From: Solirubrobacterales bacterium
GTDB taxonomy: Bacteria; Actinomycetota; Thermoleophilia; Solirubrobacterales; Solirubrobacteraceae
DNA length: 37,187 bases
Direction: 5' to 3'
Assembly (NCBI GenBank): GCA_003244035.1
Contig: QHBV01000187.1
Span: forward strand, 1-37,187
The position numbers were made by a program, and so were the translations under genes. This document shows, in pieces, positions 1-8,913 of the stretch; within the stretch, counting starts at the first letter, position 1, and every line of letters starts with the position of its first letter. Under the pieces are notes generated by a model that searched no databases, had not been told where the DNA came from, and was given only the letters and a program-made list of their open reading frames with translations.

Positions 1-44
1 CTCCCGCTGAGCTACGCGCCCGGATCACGGGAATTCTACGCGGC

Positions 45-1295
45 CTACAGCCTCACCACGTTGTCCGCGTGCATCCCGCGCGTCACACCGCGCAGGTCGA
101 TGAACAGGGCGGCTTGGCGGGCGATCGCCGCGTGATCGATGCCCGGATGGGCGGTGATCAGCACGACCGCGTCGGCGCCGGCCAGTGCGGTCGCCAGCTC
201 GACGCTGGCCAGCCCGAGCGAGGGCAGCTTCGCGACGAACGCGTCGTGGTAGGAGAGCACCGCTCCTCGCTTGGAGAGCTCCTGCATGATCAGCAGCGCT
301 GGGGACTCGCGGATGTCGCCGGTGCCCCCCTTGTAGCTGACGCCCAGCAGCGTCACCCGCGAGCCCTTGACCGGCTTGGAGAGGTCGTTGAGCGCGAGCT
401 CGACCCGCTCGACGCAGTGGTAGGGCATATGCTGGTTGATCTTGCCGGCGAGCTCGATGAACTCGGTCGACATGTGAAACTCGCGCGCGCGCCAGGTCAG
501 GTAGAAGGGATCGACGGGCAGGCAGTGGCCGCCCATCCCGGGACCCGGCTCGAATCGCATGAAGCCGTAGGGCTTGGTGGCGGCCGCATCGACCACCTCC
601 CAGATGTCGATGCCCATCCGGTCAGAGAGGATCGCGAGCTCGTTGACAAGCGCGATGTTGACCGAGCGGAAGATGTTCTCCAGCAGCTTGGTCAGCTCCG
701 CAGCCTCCGGGGTGGAGACCCGCACGATGGTGTCACACACGAGCCGGTAGAGCGCCTCGGCGCGGTCGCCGCACTCCTGCGTGATTCCCCCGAGCACCTT
801 CGGCGTGTTGCGCAGCGTGTAGTCGGTGCGACCCGGGTCGACGCGCTCGGGCGAGAACGCGACGTTGAGCCCGTCGCCGATGCGCAGCCCCGATTCGTTC
901 TCCAGCAGCGGGAGCAGCCGCTCGCGCGTGGTACCCGGGTAGGTGGTCGACTCCAGCACGACCAGCTGCCCCCGCTGGAGCACGTGCCCGAGCGCTTGGC
1001 CGGCCGCGGTCAGCGGGCCCAGCTCAGGCTCGCGGTTCGCGGTCAGTGGCGTCGGCACGCAGATCAGCACCGCGTCGGTGTGGGCCAGCGGGGCATACTC
1101 GGTGCCGACGTCGATCAAAGCGGCAACGGCTCGCAGGCGCTCGGATGAGATGTCCTCGATGTAGGACTCGCCCGCGGCCAGCGATGAGACCTTGTGCGGG
1201 TCGACGTCCACGGCCACGACCCGCTCTCCCGCTTCCGCGAACGCGACCGCGAGCGGCAGCCCGACGTATCCGAGGCCGATGACTCCCACTGCCAT
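45..1295 (-). CDS. Nucleotide-sugar dehydrogenase (UDP-GlcNAc/UDP-ManNAc 6-dehydrogenase, WecC/WbpA family)
   Basis: Rossmann motif VIGLGYVGLP, ICVPTP, ESTTYPGTT, SPERVDPG, KLLENIFRSVNIAL and catalytic GGHCLPVDP. Start re-set to the ATG at 1295 (MAVGVIG), because the upstream extension of the ORF call looks non-coding. Confidence 0.92.
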   Translation of the reverse strand: MAVGVIGLGYVGLPLAVAFAEAGERVVAVDVDPHKVSSLAAGESYIEDISSERLRAVAALIDVGTEYAPLAHTDAVLICVPTPLTANREPELGPLTAAGQALGHVLQRGQLVVLESTTYPGTTRERLLPLLENESGLRIGDGLNVAFSPERVDPGRTDYTLRNTPKVLGGITQECGDRAEALYRLVCDTIVRVSTPEAAELTKLLENIFRSVNIALVNELAILSDRMGIDIWEVVDAAATKPYGFMRFEPGPGMGGHCLPVDPFYLTWRAREFHMSTEFIELAGKINQHMPYHCVERVELALNDLSKPVKGSRVTLLGVSYKGGTGDIRESPALLIMQELSKRGAVLSYHDAFVAKLPSLGLASVELATALAGADAVVLITAHPGIDHAAIARQAALFIDLRGVTRGMHADNVVRL

Positions 1296-1364
1296 TAGCG
1301 GGCGGACGATACCGGCAAGCAGCGCGCATCTGGCGCGAGCACCCGCTCCCTGCCGCCGGCGACT

Positions 1365-1537
1365 CGCATAACGTGAAACACCCCTGAGAGGAGAGGGGGT
1401 CCTCATCGTTATCACAGCTGGAGGATGGATAACGTGGACCACCCCCGGCGGCCGGCGCTAGCGTTTCACGTTCCCGCTCTCCAGCTCGTAGATCGTGCTC
1501 CACCGCCGGCTCGGGAGGATGGGTTTCACGTGGTTGC
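1365..1537. repeat. Cluster of four degenerate parS-like (TGTTTCACGTG[A/G]AACA) sites
   Basis: 16-mers at 1365-1380 (cgcataACGTGAAACA), 1426-1441 (TGgaTaACGTGGAcCA), 1462-1477 (cGTTTCACGTtcccgc) and 1522-1537 (gGTTTCACGTGGttgc). None is a perfect palindrome. Confidence 0.4.
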
Positions 1538-1595
1538 TGCTCTCAGCCTCCGAGGGCGCGGCGAAGCGGCGAAGCATGTACCCGCCGGCTGGCGC

Positions 1596-1601
1596 TACGA
1601 T
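1596..1601 (+). promoter_or_regulatory. -10 hexamer (TACGAT) for the SRP RNA
   Basis: TANNNT lies 7 nt upstream of the predicted 5' end of the RNA at 1609. Confidence 0.65.
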
Positions 1602-1608
1602 GCCCGAC

Positions 1609-1881
1609 GGACCGTGCTAGGCGGGGTGCTAGCGGTGCCCTGTACCCGTAATCCGCTCTAGCGGGGCTGAATCCCCTCTCGAGGGGCTGGAGCCCGAGGT
1701 CAGCGCCCCGTCAGTGGCGGTGATCGTCCGGTCCCGCTGCGATGGAGACCCGTGAACCAGGTCAGGTCCGGAAGGGAGCAGCCTTAAGCGGTCATCTTCA
1801 GGCGTTGCGGGAGCGCTGGACGGGAGTCACGAGACGGTGGCAGCGCCTCGGGTGTCGGCCTCGACAGAGGGTGCACGGTCC
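1609..1881 (+). ncRNA. ffs: Signal recognition particle RNA, large bacterial type with Alu domain (scRNA-like)
   Basis: Terminal helix GGACCGTGC(1609)...GCACGGTCC(1881). Alu-like 5' part GGCGGGGTGCTAGCGGTGCCCTGTACCCGTAATCCGCTCTAGCGGGGCTGAATCCC closely resembles B. subtilis scRNA. Helix-8 motif TCAGGTCCGGAAGGGAGCAGC. Length about 273 nt, upstream of dnaX. Confidence 0.95.
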
Positions 1882-1957
1882 ACTTCAGCCGCGCCGGATC
1901 CCCGCCGCCAGCGTCACTATGGGCTCGCGGCAAACCATCTGACGATCTGGTGCGGCC

Positions 1958-2009
1958 CTCGAGCGCAGCCTGCTCGGCATCCAGCCTCACCGGCTCGGCT
2001 GCGCTCGAG
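1958..2009. repeat. Perfect 13-bp inverted repeat (CTCGAGCGCAGCC/GGCTGCGCTCGAG)
   Basis: Arms at 1958-1970 and 1997-2009 with a 26-nt loop, between ffs and dnaX. Confidence 0.7.
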
Positions 2010-2118
2010 TCATCCGGCTGCGGCGCCAGACGCCACCCGCGATGCTCGCCATAGCGCTGCTATGGCTGTGCTCGCGTGCGTCGTCTGACATCCACGGGCC
2101 GGCCACCCCATTCCCGCC

Positions 2119-2144
2119 ATCTGTTTTGTCGCGAGCCCTAGACT
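2119..2144 (+). promoter_or_regulatory. Shared 22-bp element plus -10 (TAGACT) of the dnaX operon
   Basis: ATCTGTTTTGTCGCGAGCCCTA (2119-2140) runs into TAGACT (2139-2144), 9 nt before the GTG. A 21/22 copy is at 20007-20028 on the minus strand. Confidence 0.65.
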
Positions 2145-2153
2145 CGCTGATCA

Positions 2154-3869
2154 GTGTCGACCGGCCCCTCGCTCTACCGTCGCCATCGCCCCCGATCGTT
2201 CGCCGATGTCGTCGGACAGGAGCACGTGGTGCGCACGCTTCGGAACGCCGTCGAGCAGGGCAGGGTGCACCACGCCCACCTGTTCGTGGGCTCGCGGGGG
2301 ACCGGGAAGACGAGCATGGCGAAGATCCTCGCCGCATGCCTGAACTGCCTTCAGGGCCCGACTGTGACGCCGTGCGGCTCGTGCGAGTCGTGTGTCGCGA
2401 TCGCCGAGGCGACCTCCCTCGACGTGATCGAGATGGACGCTGCGTCCAACAACTCCGTCGACGACATTCGCGACCTCCGCGAGAAGGTCGCGTACGCGCC
2501 GATCTCAGGCCGCCACAAGGTCTACATCCTCGACGAGGCCCACATGCTCTCCCAGCAGGCCTGGAATGCCTTCCTCAAGACGCTGGAGGAGCCGCCACCG
2601 CGGACGATCTTCGTGCTCGCGACGACCGAGCCGCAGAAGGTGCTGGCGACCGTGGTGGACCGCTGCCATCGCTTCGACTTCGCGCGGCCTTCGGCCGAGC
2701 AGGTCGCGACGGTGCTCGCGCGGGTCGCCGAAAAGGAGCGGATCGAGTTCGACGGTGGCGTGCTGGCGCTGATCGCCCGGCACGCGATGGGCAGCTTCCG
2801 AGACGCGCTCGGGACGCTCGAGCAGCTCGTCACCTACGCGGGGGGTCGGCGGATCGAGCCGGCCGACGTGCTCGCGGTGCTCGGAGTCGCCGACGCCGAG
2901 CAGCTGTTCGGCGCTGTCGACGCGATCGTGGCGCGCGATCCCGCGCAGACGCTCCGGGCCGCCGCCGGGCTCGCGGAGTCCGGGCGCGATCCGGGCCAGC
3001 TGCTGCGCGACCTCGAGGTCCACGCGCGCGAGCTGCTGGCCGTGCAGGTCCTTGATGAGGTCCCGCTCGAGCTACGCGTCACGCCCGAGCGTGACCGGCT
3101 GCTGCACGAGCAAGCCCACGCGCTCTCGCGGACGGATGTGGTGCGGTTGCTCGACCTCGTCTCGGGCGCGCTGCAGGCAACGACCGCCGGCGCTCAGGCC
3201 CGGATCCAGCTCGAGCTGGTGCTGGTCAAGGCGGCCGCGCCAGAGCTGGATCCCTCGACCACCGCCCTACTGGCCCGGATCGAGCGGCTCGAGACCGGGT
3301 TGCGGACCGGAGCGAGCTTGCGATCGGTGCCGGCGCCGGCACCGCAGGCCGGCGCCGGCCACGCCAGCGCTCCTCCTGACGATCCCCCCCGGGAGGCCGT
3401 CGCGCCCGAAGGTGCCTCGCACGAGGCTTCCCCGTTCGTAGGCGACGCGCCGGCGATCGAGGGCGTCGAGCCTGTCCCCGCGCTCGAGCTGGCGACGGTG
3501 CTCGCCTCGTGGCCGGCCGTGGTCGAGGTCGTCCGCGCCAGCAACGCGATGCTGGCGGCGCTGCTGAGCGATGCGCGCCCGGTCGCCGTCGGCGAGCGCG
3601 AGCTGACGCTCGTCTTCCCCGCCGCGGCGGCGTTTCTCAAGCGCAAGGCCGAGCAGGATGACCATCGACGTGCCGCCGCCGACGCGTTCCGGACGGTCAC
3701 CGGACAGTCGCGCCTGCTGCGCTTCGAGCTGCGCGAGGGCGACGATCACGAAGGCCAGGCGATCGGAGTACCCGCGCTCTCCGGCGAGGAGCTGGTGCGG
3801 CGCTTCGTGGAGGAGTTCGACGCCGAAGAGCTCTCCGAAGACGAACCCAACGAACGCGAGGTCAAGTAG
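2154..3869 (+). CDS. dnaX: DNA polymerase III subunit gamma/tau
   Basis: LYRRHRPRSFADVVGQ, Walker A GSRGTGKTS, zinc site PCGSCESC, EMDAASN, DEAHML, AFLKTLEEPP. Confidence 0.97.
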   Translation: MSTGPSLYRRHRPRSFADVVGQEHVVRTLRNAVEQGRVHHAHLFVGSRGTGKTSMAKILAACLNCLQGPTVTPCGSCESCVAIAEATSLDVIEMDAASNNSVDDIRDLREKVAYAPISGRHKVYILDEAHMLSQQAWNAFLKTLEEPPPRTIFVLATTEPQKVLATVVDRCHRFDFARPSAEQVATVLARVAEKERIEFDGGVLALIARHAMGSFRDALGTLEQLVTYAGGRRIEPADVLAVLGVADAEQLFGAVDAIVARDPAQTLRAAAGLAESGRDPGQLLRDLEVHARELLAVQVLDEVPLELRVTPERDRLLHEQAHALSRTDVVRLLDLVSGALQATTAGAQARIQLELVLVKAAAPELDPSTTALLARIERLETGLRTGASLRSVPAPAPQAGAGHASAPPDDPPREAVAPEGASHEASPFVGDAPAIEGVEPVPALELATVLASWPAVVEVVRASNAMLAALLSDARPVAVGERELTLVFPAAAAFLKRKAEQDDHRRAAADAFRTVTGQSRLLRFELREGDDHEGQAIGVPALSGEELVRRFVEEFDAEELSEDEPNEREVK

Positions 3870-4193
3870 ATGCCCCAGCCCAACATGCAGCAGATGCTCA
3901 AGCAGGCCCAGAAGATGCAGCAGGACATGATCGCCGCTCAGGAGTCGCTCAAGGACGAGGTCGTGCAAGCGTCGGCGGGCGGCGGAATGGTGACCGTGCA
4001 GGTGACGGGCGACCTCGAGGTCAAGTCGATCGCGATCGACCCCCAGGCGATCGACCCCGAGGACCCCGAGTTGCTGCAGGACATGGTCCTTGCCGCGGTC
4101 AACGAAGGGCTCCGGGCTGCCCAGGAGCTGGCGTCATCGAAGCTGGGCCCGATCGCCGGAGGTCTCGGGGGTCTTGGCCTGCCGGGCCTGTAG
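3870..4193 (+). CDS. ybaB: YbaB/EbfC family nucleoid-associated protein
   Basis: MQQMLKQAQKMQQ, AGGGMVTV, DPELLQDMVLAAVN. Canonical position between dnaX and recR. Confidence 0.96.
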   Translation: MPQPNMQQMLKQAQKMQQDMIAAQESLKDEVVQASAGGGMVTVQVTGDLEVKSIAIDPQAIDPEDPELLQDMVLAAVNEGLRAAQELASSKLGPIAGGLGGLGLPGL

Positions 4194-4793
4194 ATGCACG
4201 CCCCTCCCGTCCAGCGCTTGATCACCGAGCTGTCGAGGCTGCCAGGCGTCGGTGGTCGTACCGCGCAGCGGCTCGCGTTTCATCTGCTGCGGATCGGCGA
4301 GGAGGAGGCGCTGGCGCTCGCCGACGCGATCCGCGAGGTCAAGCAGCGGATCGGCTTCTGTGGGGTCTGTTACAACCTTGCCGAGGGTCCAACCTGCCGC
4401 ATCTGCTCCGACGCGCGTCGCGATCCGGAGCTGATCTGCGTGGTCGAGCAGCCCTCCGATGTGATCTCGATCGAGCGCACGCACGAGTTCACCGGGCGCT
4501 ACCACGTGCTCGGCGGTGCGCTCTCGCCGATCGACGGGATCGACCCCGAGGATCTCAAGCTCGCTGAGCTGTTCGGGCGCATCGAGACAGGCGACGTCCG
4601 CGAGGTGGTGGTCGCGACCAACCCGACGACGACCGGCGAGGCGACGGCGCTGCATATCGCCGAGCGGCTGCGCGAGCTCGCCCCCGAGGTCTCAGTCACC
4701 CGGCTCGCGAGCGGCCTGCCCGTGGGCGCCGACCTCGAGTACGCCGACGAGCTGACGTTGGGCCGCGCGCTCGCCGGTCGCCGCGCGGTGTAG
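4194..4793 (+). CDS. recR: Recombination mediator RecR
   Basis: HhH LPGVGGRTAQRLAF, C4 zinc finger CGVC...CRIC, YHVLGGALSPIDGI, Toprim ATNPTTTGEATA, LASGLPVG. Confidence 0.97.
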   Translation: MHAPPVQRLITELSRLPGVGGRTAQRLAFHLLRIGEEEALALADAIREVKQRIGFCGVCYNLAEGPTCRICSDARRDPELICVVEQPSDVISIERTHEFTGRYHVLGGALSPIDGIDPEDLKLAELFGRIETGDVREVVVATNPTTTGEATALHIAERLRELAPEVSVTRLASGLPVGADLEYADELTLGRALAGRRAV

Positions 4794-4822
4794 CGCCAAG
4801 TCGCAACGCCCGGCGCTGGCTC

Positions 4823-6070
4823 TCACCCCAACAGCCCGTAGCGCGCCTTCAGCGACAGCACCCGCAGCAGCGCGTCGTGGACCAGCGCGCGGATCGTGGA
4901 GCTCTTGCCCGCCGCCGCGAGGACGGCGTCATAGGCCTGCAGATGCTCACTCGCCGGCCCCGAGACGTACAGCAGGTCGTCCCCCGCGCGCAGCGCCTGT
5001 ACCGCCACCGCGCCCGGGCCCTCACCGGTCGCCTGCAAGCTCGCGTCGAGGTCATCGCTCATTGCCACGCCCTGGAAGCCATAGTCGCGGCGCAGCAGCT
5101 CGATCGCCTCCGGGAGCAGGCTCGCGGGAGTGACGCCGTCGAAGGCCGCATATGCGGCGCTCGACATCACGATCACCGGAGCCAGCGGGGCGATCGCCGC
5201 GAACGGGATCAGGTCGCGTGCGCGCAGTGCGCCCAGCGAGCCGCCGACCGTCGCGGTCATCTGGTCGGGATCGGCCGAGGCGCTGCCCGTGCCGGGGAAG
5301 TGGCCGGGGGCCGAGATCACGCCGGCCGCCGCATATCCCGCGACCGCCGCCACGCTGAAGCGCGCGACCGAGACGGGGTCGCTGCTGAACAGCCGCCCGC
5401 TGAGAGGACCGCCGGGGGTGTCCACGTCGGCGAGCGGCGCGAGCGTCATGTTGACCCCGAGCCCGCGCAGGCGCTCGCCCGCAAGCAGCGCCTGCGCGCG
5501 GGCGAGTGCGACCTTCCCTGAGGCGCCGATCGCGGGCTCGGACCTGGGCGGGAGGGCTGGGAACGCCGTGCCGGGCCCGCCTTCCTGAGTAGCAGCGATC
5601 AGGGGTGGGACATGACCTGCCGCCCGTGCAGATGCCGTGATCCCGCCGGCGAGCCCCGCGCCGTCGGACGCGCTGAGGGAGCTTGCGGACCCGAGCACGA
5701 CCCCGCCCCAGTCGAGCCCCCCGAGCGACGAGACCGACCGCGGGGAGCTGCCGTCGAGCGTCACGAGGAACAGCTGCGAGACCTGGCGCGCGAGCGGAAG
5801 GTTCCTCGCGGCCGCCGCCGCCGCCGGAGCGGCCTTGAACGTCCTGGCGCCCCCGCGTGGGCGCGGCGCACGGGCCGGGGGCGCAGGATGAAGGACGGTG
5901 GCGATGCCGGCGCCGCCGCTGGGGACGAACCTCGGGCTCGGATCTCCCGAGCCGATCGAGAGCACCACGACGATCGCGACCACGACCGCGAGCACGACCG
6001 CGACCGCGACCAAGCGGCGGCGACGGATGACCGCGTCGCCATCCGGAGGGTACGGCCGGGGAAGCTTCAA
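4823..6070 (-). CDS. Membrane-anchored glycoside hydrolase family 3 N-terminal (NagZ-like) protein with a degenerate catalytic motif
   Basis: RRRR plus TM segment at the N-terminus; [35 protein letters not shown] start preceded by GGAGGT; the exact start is uncertain. Confidence 0.85.
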   Translation of the reverse strand: MKLPRPYPPDGDAVIRRRRLVAVAVVLAVVVAIVVVLSIGSGDPSPRFVPSGGAGIATVLHPAPPARAPRPRGGARTFKAAPAAAAAARNLPLARQVSQLFLVTLDGSSPRSVSSLGGLDWGGVVLGSASSLSASDGAGLAGGITASARAAGHVPPLIAATQEGGPGTAFPALPPRSEPAIGASGKVALARAQALLAGERLRGLGVNMTLAPLADVDTPGGPLSGRLFSSDPVSVARFSVAAVAGYAAAGVISAPGHFPGTGSASADPDQMTATVGGSLGALRARDLIPFAAIAPLAPVIVMSSAAYAAFDGVTPASLLPEAIELLRRDYGFQGVAMSDDLDASLQATGEGPGAVAVQALRAGDDLLYVSGPASEHLQAYDAVLAAAGKSSTIRALVHDALLRVLSLKARYGLLG

Positions 6071-6088
6071 CGCGTAACCTCCATCGGC

Positions 6089-7384
6089 ATGTCAACTTCC
6101 CCAGCCACGGCTGCCCCCGGGACGGTGCCGGCACCCGCGACCGTGGTCATGAAGTTCGGGGGGACATCGGTTTCCGACGCCGAGAGGATCAAGCGGGCCG
6201 CGCGCAGAATCGTCGCCCAGCGCGAGGCCGGCAGGCGCGTGGTGGCAGTCCTCTCGGCCCGTGGCCAGACCACCGACGAGCTGATCGCGATGGCGCAGGA
6301 GGTCTCCGCAAGCCCCGACCGCCGCGAGCTGGACATGCTGCTCTCGACCGGCGAGCGGATCTCGTGCGCGCTGTGTGCGATGGCGATCAACGACCTCGGT
6401 CACCGGGCGATCTCGCTGACCGGGTCCCAGGCCGGGATCGTGACGGACACCTCCCACACCAAGGCAAGGATCCTCGATGTCCGCGCCGAGCGTATCCGCG
6501 AAGCTCTCGGCGAGGACCGGATCGTGCTGGTGGCTGGCTTTCAGGGCATCTCCACGAGTCGTGATGTGACTACGCTCGGTCGTGGCGGTTCGGACACCAC
6601 CGCGGTCGCGCTGGCGGCGGCGATCGACGCCGAGGTGTGCGAGATCTACACCGATGTCTCCGGCGTCTACAGCGCTGACCCGCGAATTGTCCCCGATGCT
6701 CGTCTGCTGCCGGTGCTGAGCTTCGAGGAGATGCTCGAGATGGCCGCCTCCGGCGCCCGGGTACTGCAGCTGAGAGCGGTCGAGTACGCCCGCAACCACG
6801 GGGTCCGGATCCACTGCCGGTCGAGCTTCGACTCCCGTCCGGGTACCTTTGTGCTCGGAGAGCAAGAGACGATGGAGCGCCCGCTGATCACCGCCGTGAC
6901 GCACGCAGCCGACGAGGCGCGGATCACGCTGCTCGGCGTGCCCGACCGCCCCGGCGCGGCGGCAGCGATCTTCGGGGCGCTCGCCGACGCGGGCTGCAAC
7001 GTCGACACGATCATCCAGAACGAGCCGCTCGGCGAGGGTCGCGGAGCGGAGGTGTCGTTCACGATCCCGCGGGAGGACCTGGCCGCCGCCGAGCTCGCGC
7101 TCGAGCCGGTGGCGCGTGAGCTCGGGGTCGCGCGCGTCGACACCGACCGCCAGATCGGCAAGGTCTCGATCGTCGGGGCGGGCATGCGATCTCATCCTGG
7201 CGTGGCCGCGAACGTCTTCCGCACGCTGGCGGCCAAGGGCATAAACATCGAGATGATCTCGACCTCGCCGATCAAGATCTCGTGCGTGATCCGCTCCGAC
7301 TTCGTCCCCGAGGCCGTGCGGGCGCTGCATGGCGCGTTCGATCTCGGCGCCGGCGGGATCGAGCCGGACATGGGCCCGCGATGA
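6089..7384 (+). CDS. ask: Aspartate kinase
   Basis: [57 protein letters not shown] and two ACT domains. Start set at ATG 6089, 8 nt after TAACCT. Confidence 0.96.
   Translation: MSTSPATAAPGTVPAPATVVMKFGGTSVSDAERIKRAARRIVAQREAGRRVVAVLSARGQTTDELIAMAQEVSASPDRRELDMLLSTGERISCALCAMAINDLGHRAISLTGSQAGIVTDTSHTKARILDVRAERIREALGEDRIVLVAGFQGISTSRDVTTLGRGGSDTTAVALAAAIDAEVCEIYTDVSGVYSADPRIVPDARLLPVLSFEEMLEMAASGARVLQLRAVEYARNHGVRIHCRSSFDSRPGTFVLGEQETMERPLITAVTHAADEARITLLGVPDRPGAAAAIFGALADAGCNVDTIIQNEPLGEGRGAEVSFTIPREDLAAAELALEPVARELGVARVDTDRQIGKVSIVGAGMRSHPGVAANVFRTLAAKGINIEMISTSPIKISCVIRSDFVPEAVRALHGAFDLGAGGIEPDMGPR
6872..7384 (+). CDS. Probable in-frame aspartokinase beta subunit (internal start)
   Basis: In-frame ATG (MERPLITAV) at the kinase/ACT boundary, preceded by purine-rich GGAGAGCAAGAG. 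This matches the alpha2beta2 arrangement known for Corynebacterium/Mycobacterium lysC/ask. Confidence 0.6.
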   Translation: MERPLITAVTHAADEARITLLGVPDRPGAAAAIFGALADAGCNVDTIIQNEPLGEGRGAEVSFTIPREDLAAAELALEPVARELGVARVDTDRQIGKVSIVGAGMRSHPGVAANVFRTLAAKGINIEMISTSPIKISCVIRSDFVPEAVRALHGAFDLGAGGIEPDMGPR

Positions 7385-8415
7385 CCGGCGGCCCGCGGGT
7401 GGCGGTCATCGGGGCGAGCGGCGTCGTCGGGACGACGATGCTGGCGCTTCTGCGCGAGCGGAGGTTCCCCGCCGGCGAGATTGTCGCGTTCGCATCGCCG
7501 CGCTCGGCCGGCAGGGAGGTCGAAGGCCATGCGGTGCAGGTGCTCGACGACCAGGCGGAGATCGACGGCTTCGATCTGGCGCTGTTCTCCGCGGGCGCGA
7601 CCGTCTCACGCGAGTGGGCCCCGCGGTTCGTCGACGCCGGCGCGGTCGTGATCGACAACTCGTCGGCCTTCCGGCGCGAGCCGGAGGTGCCCCTCGTAGT
7701 CGCAGAGGCAAACCCGCGCGCGCTGGAGCGCCACCGCGGCCTGATCGCCAACCCCAACTGCTCGACGATGCAGATGGTCGTGGCGCTGGCGCCGATTCAC
7801 CGGGAGGCGGGGATCGAGCGCCTGGTGGTCGCCACCTACCAGTCGGTCTCCGGGACGGGCCACAAGGCGCTCGAGGAGCTCGAGGCGCAGGCGCTCGCCT
7901 CGCTGGACGGAGCGGACGCGCCGGCGCCGGCCGTCTACCCCGAGCCGATCGCCTTCAACGTGATCGGCGCCGCCGGCTCGTTCGCCGACGGTGACGATCA
8001 CACCGACGAGGAGCGCAAGCTGATGTTCGAGACTCGCAAGATCCTCGAGGACGACTCGATCGGGATCGCCGTCACCTGCGTGCGGGTGCCCGTGCGCGTG
8101 GGGCACTCAGAGGCGGTCAACGTGCAGACGCGGGCGCCGCTGTCAGCCGCCCAGGCGCGCGAGCTGCTCGCCCACGCCCCCGGCGTCGTGCTCGAGGACC
8201 TGCCGACGCCGCTGCGGACCGCCGGCCGCGACGAGGTGTGCGTCGGGCGGATCCGCCGCGACGAGTCGAGTCCGCGGACGCTCAGCATGTGGATCGTGGG
8301 GGACAACCTGCGCAAGGGTGCGGCGACGAACGCGGTGCAGATCGCCGAGCTGCTGCTGGAGCGAGCGCTGCTGTGGCGGGCAGCGAGCTCCCGGTCGACG
8401 CCGCGCGTTCGTTAA
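7381..8415 (+). CDS. asd: Aspartate-semialdehyde dehydrogenase
   Basis: [19 protein letters not shown], catalytic [50 protein letters not shown] overlap with the ask stop. Confidence 0.97.
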   Translation: MTGGPRVAVIGASGVVGTTMLALLRERRFPAGEIVAFASPRSAGREVEGHAVQVLDDQAEIDGFDLALFSAGATVSREWAPRFVDAGAVVIDNSSAFRREPEVPLVVAEANPRALERHRGLIANPNCSTMQMVVALAPIHREAGIERLVVATYQSVSGTGHKALEELEAQALASLDGADAPAPAVYPEPIAFNVIGAAGSFADGDDHTDEERKLMFETRKILEDDSIGIAVTCVRVPVRVGHSEAVNVQTRAPLSAAQARELLAHAPGVVLEDLPTPLRTAGRDEVCVGRIRRDESSPRTLSMWIVGDNLRKGAATNAVQIAELLLERALLWRAASSRSTPRVR

Positions 8416-8426
8416 CCTCCTCGCTT

Positions 8427-8810
8427 ATGAGCTATGCAAAGAAGAACCTCCGGGAGGTGGAGGACATGGCGGTCAAGCACGGCATCTCCGACACGCAAGA
8501 GGCGCGCTTCCCGCGCGGGGACCTGGGTGCCGAGCAGACCGGCGTCAACTACCTGATCATCAAGCCCGGGCAGCGCGAGGCGTTCGCCCATCGGCACCGT
8601 GAGGCAGAGGAGATCTACGTCGTCTTGGCGGGCTCGGGACGGGTCAAGCTCGATCACGAGCTGGTGGACCTGGCGCCGCTTGACGCGGTGCGCGTGGGCC
8701 CGGGTGTGACACGGGCCTTTGAAGCTGGTCACGATGGGCTCGAGGTGCTCGTGTTCGGAGCGCATGTGGACGGAGACGGCGAGATGGTCCAGGACTTCTG
8801 GGCCGAGTAG
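8427..8810 (+). CDS. Cupin domain protein
   Basis: Cupin motif 1 PGQREAFAHRHREAEEIYVVLAGSG and motif 2 DAVRVGPGVTRAF. ATG 8 nt after TAACCT. Confidence 0.85.
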   Translation: MSYAKKNLREVEDMAVKHGISDTQEARFPRGDLGAEQTGVNYLIIKPGQREAFAHRHREAEEIYVVLAGSGRVKLDHELVDLAPLDAVRVGPGVTRAFEAGHDGLEVLVFGAHVDGDGEMVQDFWAE

Positions 8811-8913
8811 CAGCCCGGTAGAGCGCGGCAAGCGCGGGGGTTGATCGCGAGCGCGTCAAAGAGACTCGCGCCCCGGTGGGGCGCTGACCCTCGCCTCCGA
8901 GCGAGAATGCCCG

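Noticed and set aside
1296-1608. oriC
   Set aside because: Only two poor DnaA-box-like words, no AT-rich unwinding element and no dnaA/dnaN nearby.
1892-1903. CGCCGGATCCCC shared with 13122-13133
   Set aside because: A short GC-rich match with no extension; compatible with chance.
2127-2144. PafBC/RecA-NDp promoter (TGTCGG-N10-TA-N3-T) at dnaX
   Set aside because: TGTCGC is only 6 nt from the TA, so the spacing does not fit. Treated as a different motif.
2154-3869. Programmed frameshift producing a gamma subunit in dnaX
   Set aside because: No A-AAA-AAG or poly-A/T slippery run is visible.
5612-6088. Long N-terminal extension of ask, or a lysine riboswitch
   Set aside because: The region is the coding strand of the divergent GH3 gene. 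The kinase domain begins after 6089.
8868-8884. Intrinsic terminator GCGCCCC-GGT-GGGGCGC between the cupin gene and the sdh operon
   Set aside because: A 7-bp all-GC stem with no U-tract, which is common by chance at this GC content.
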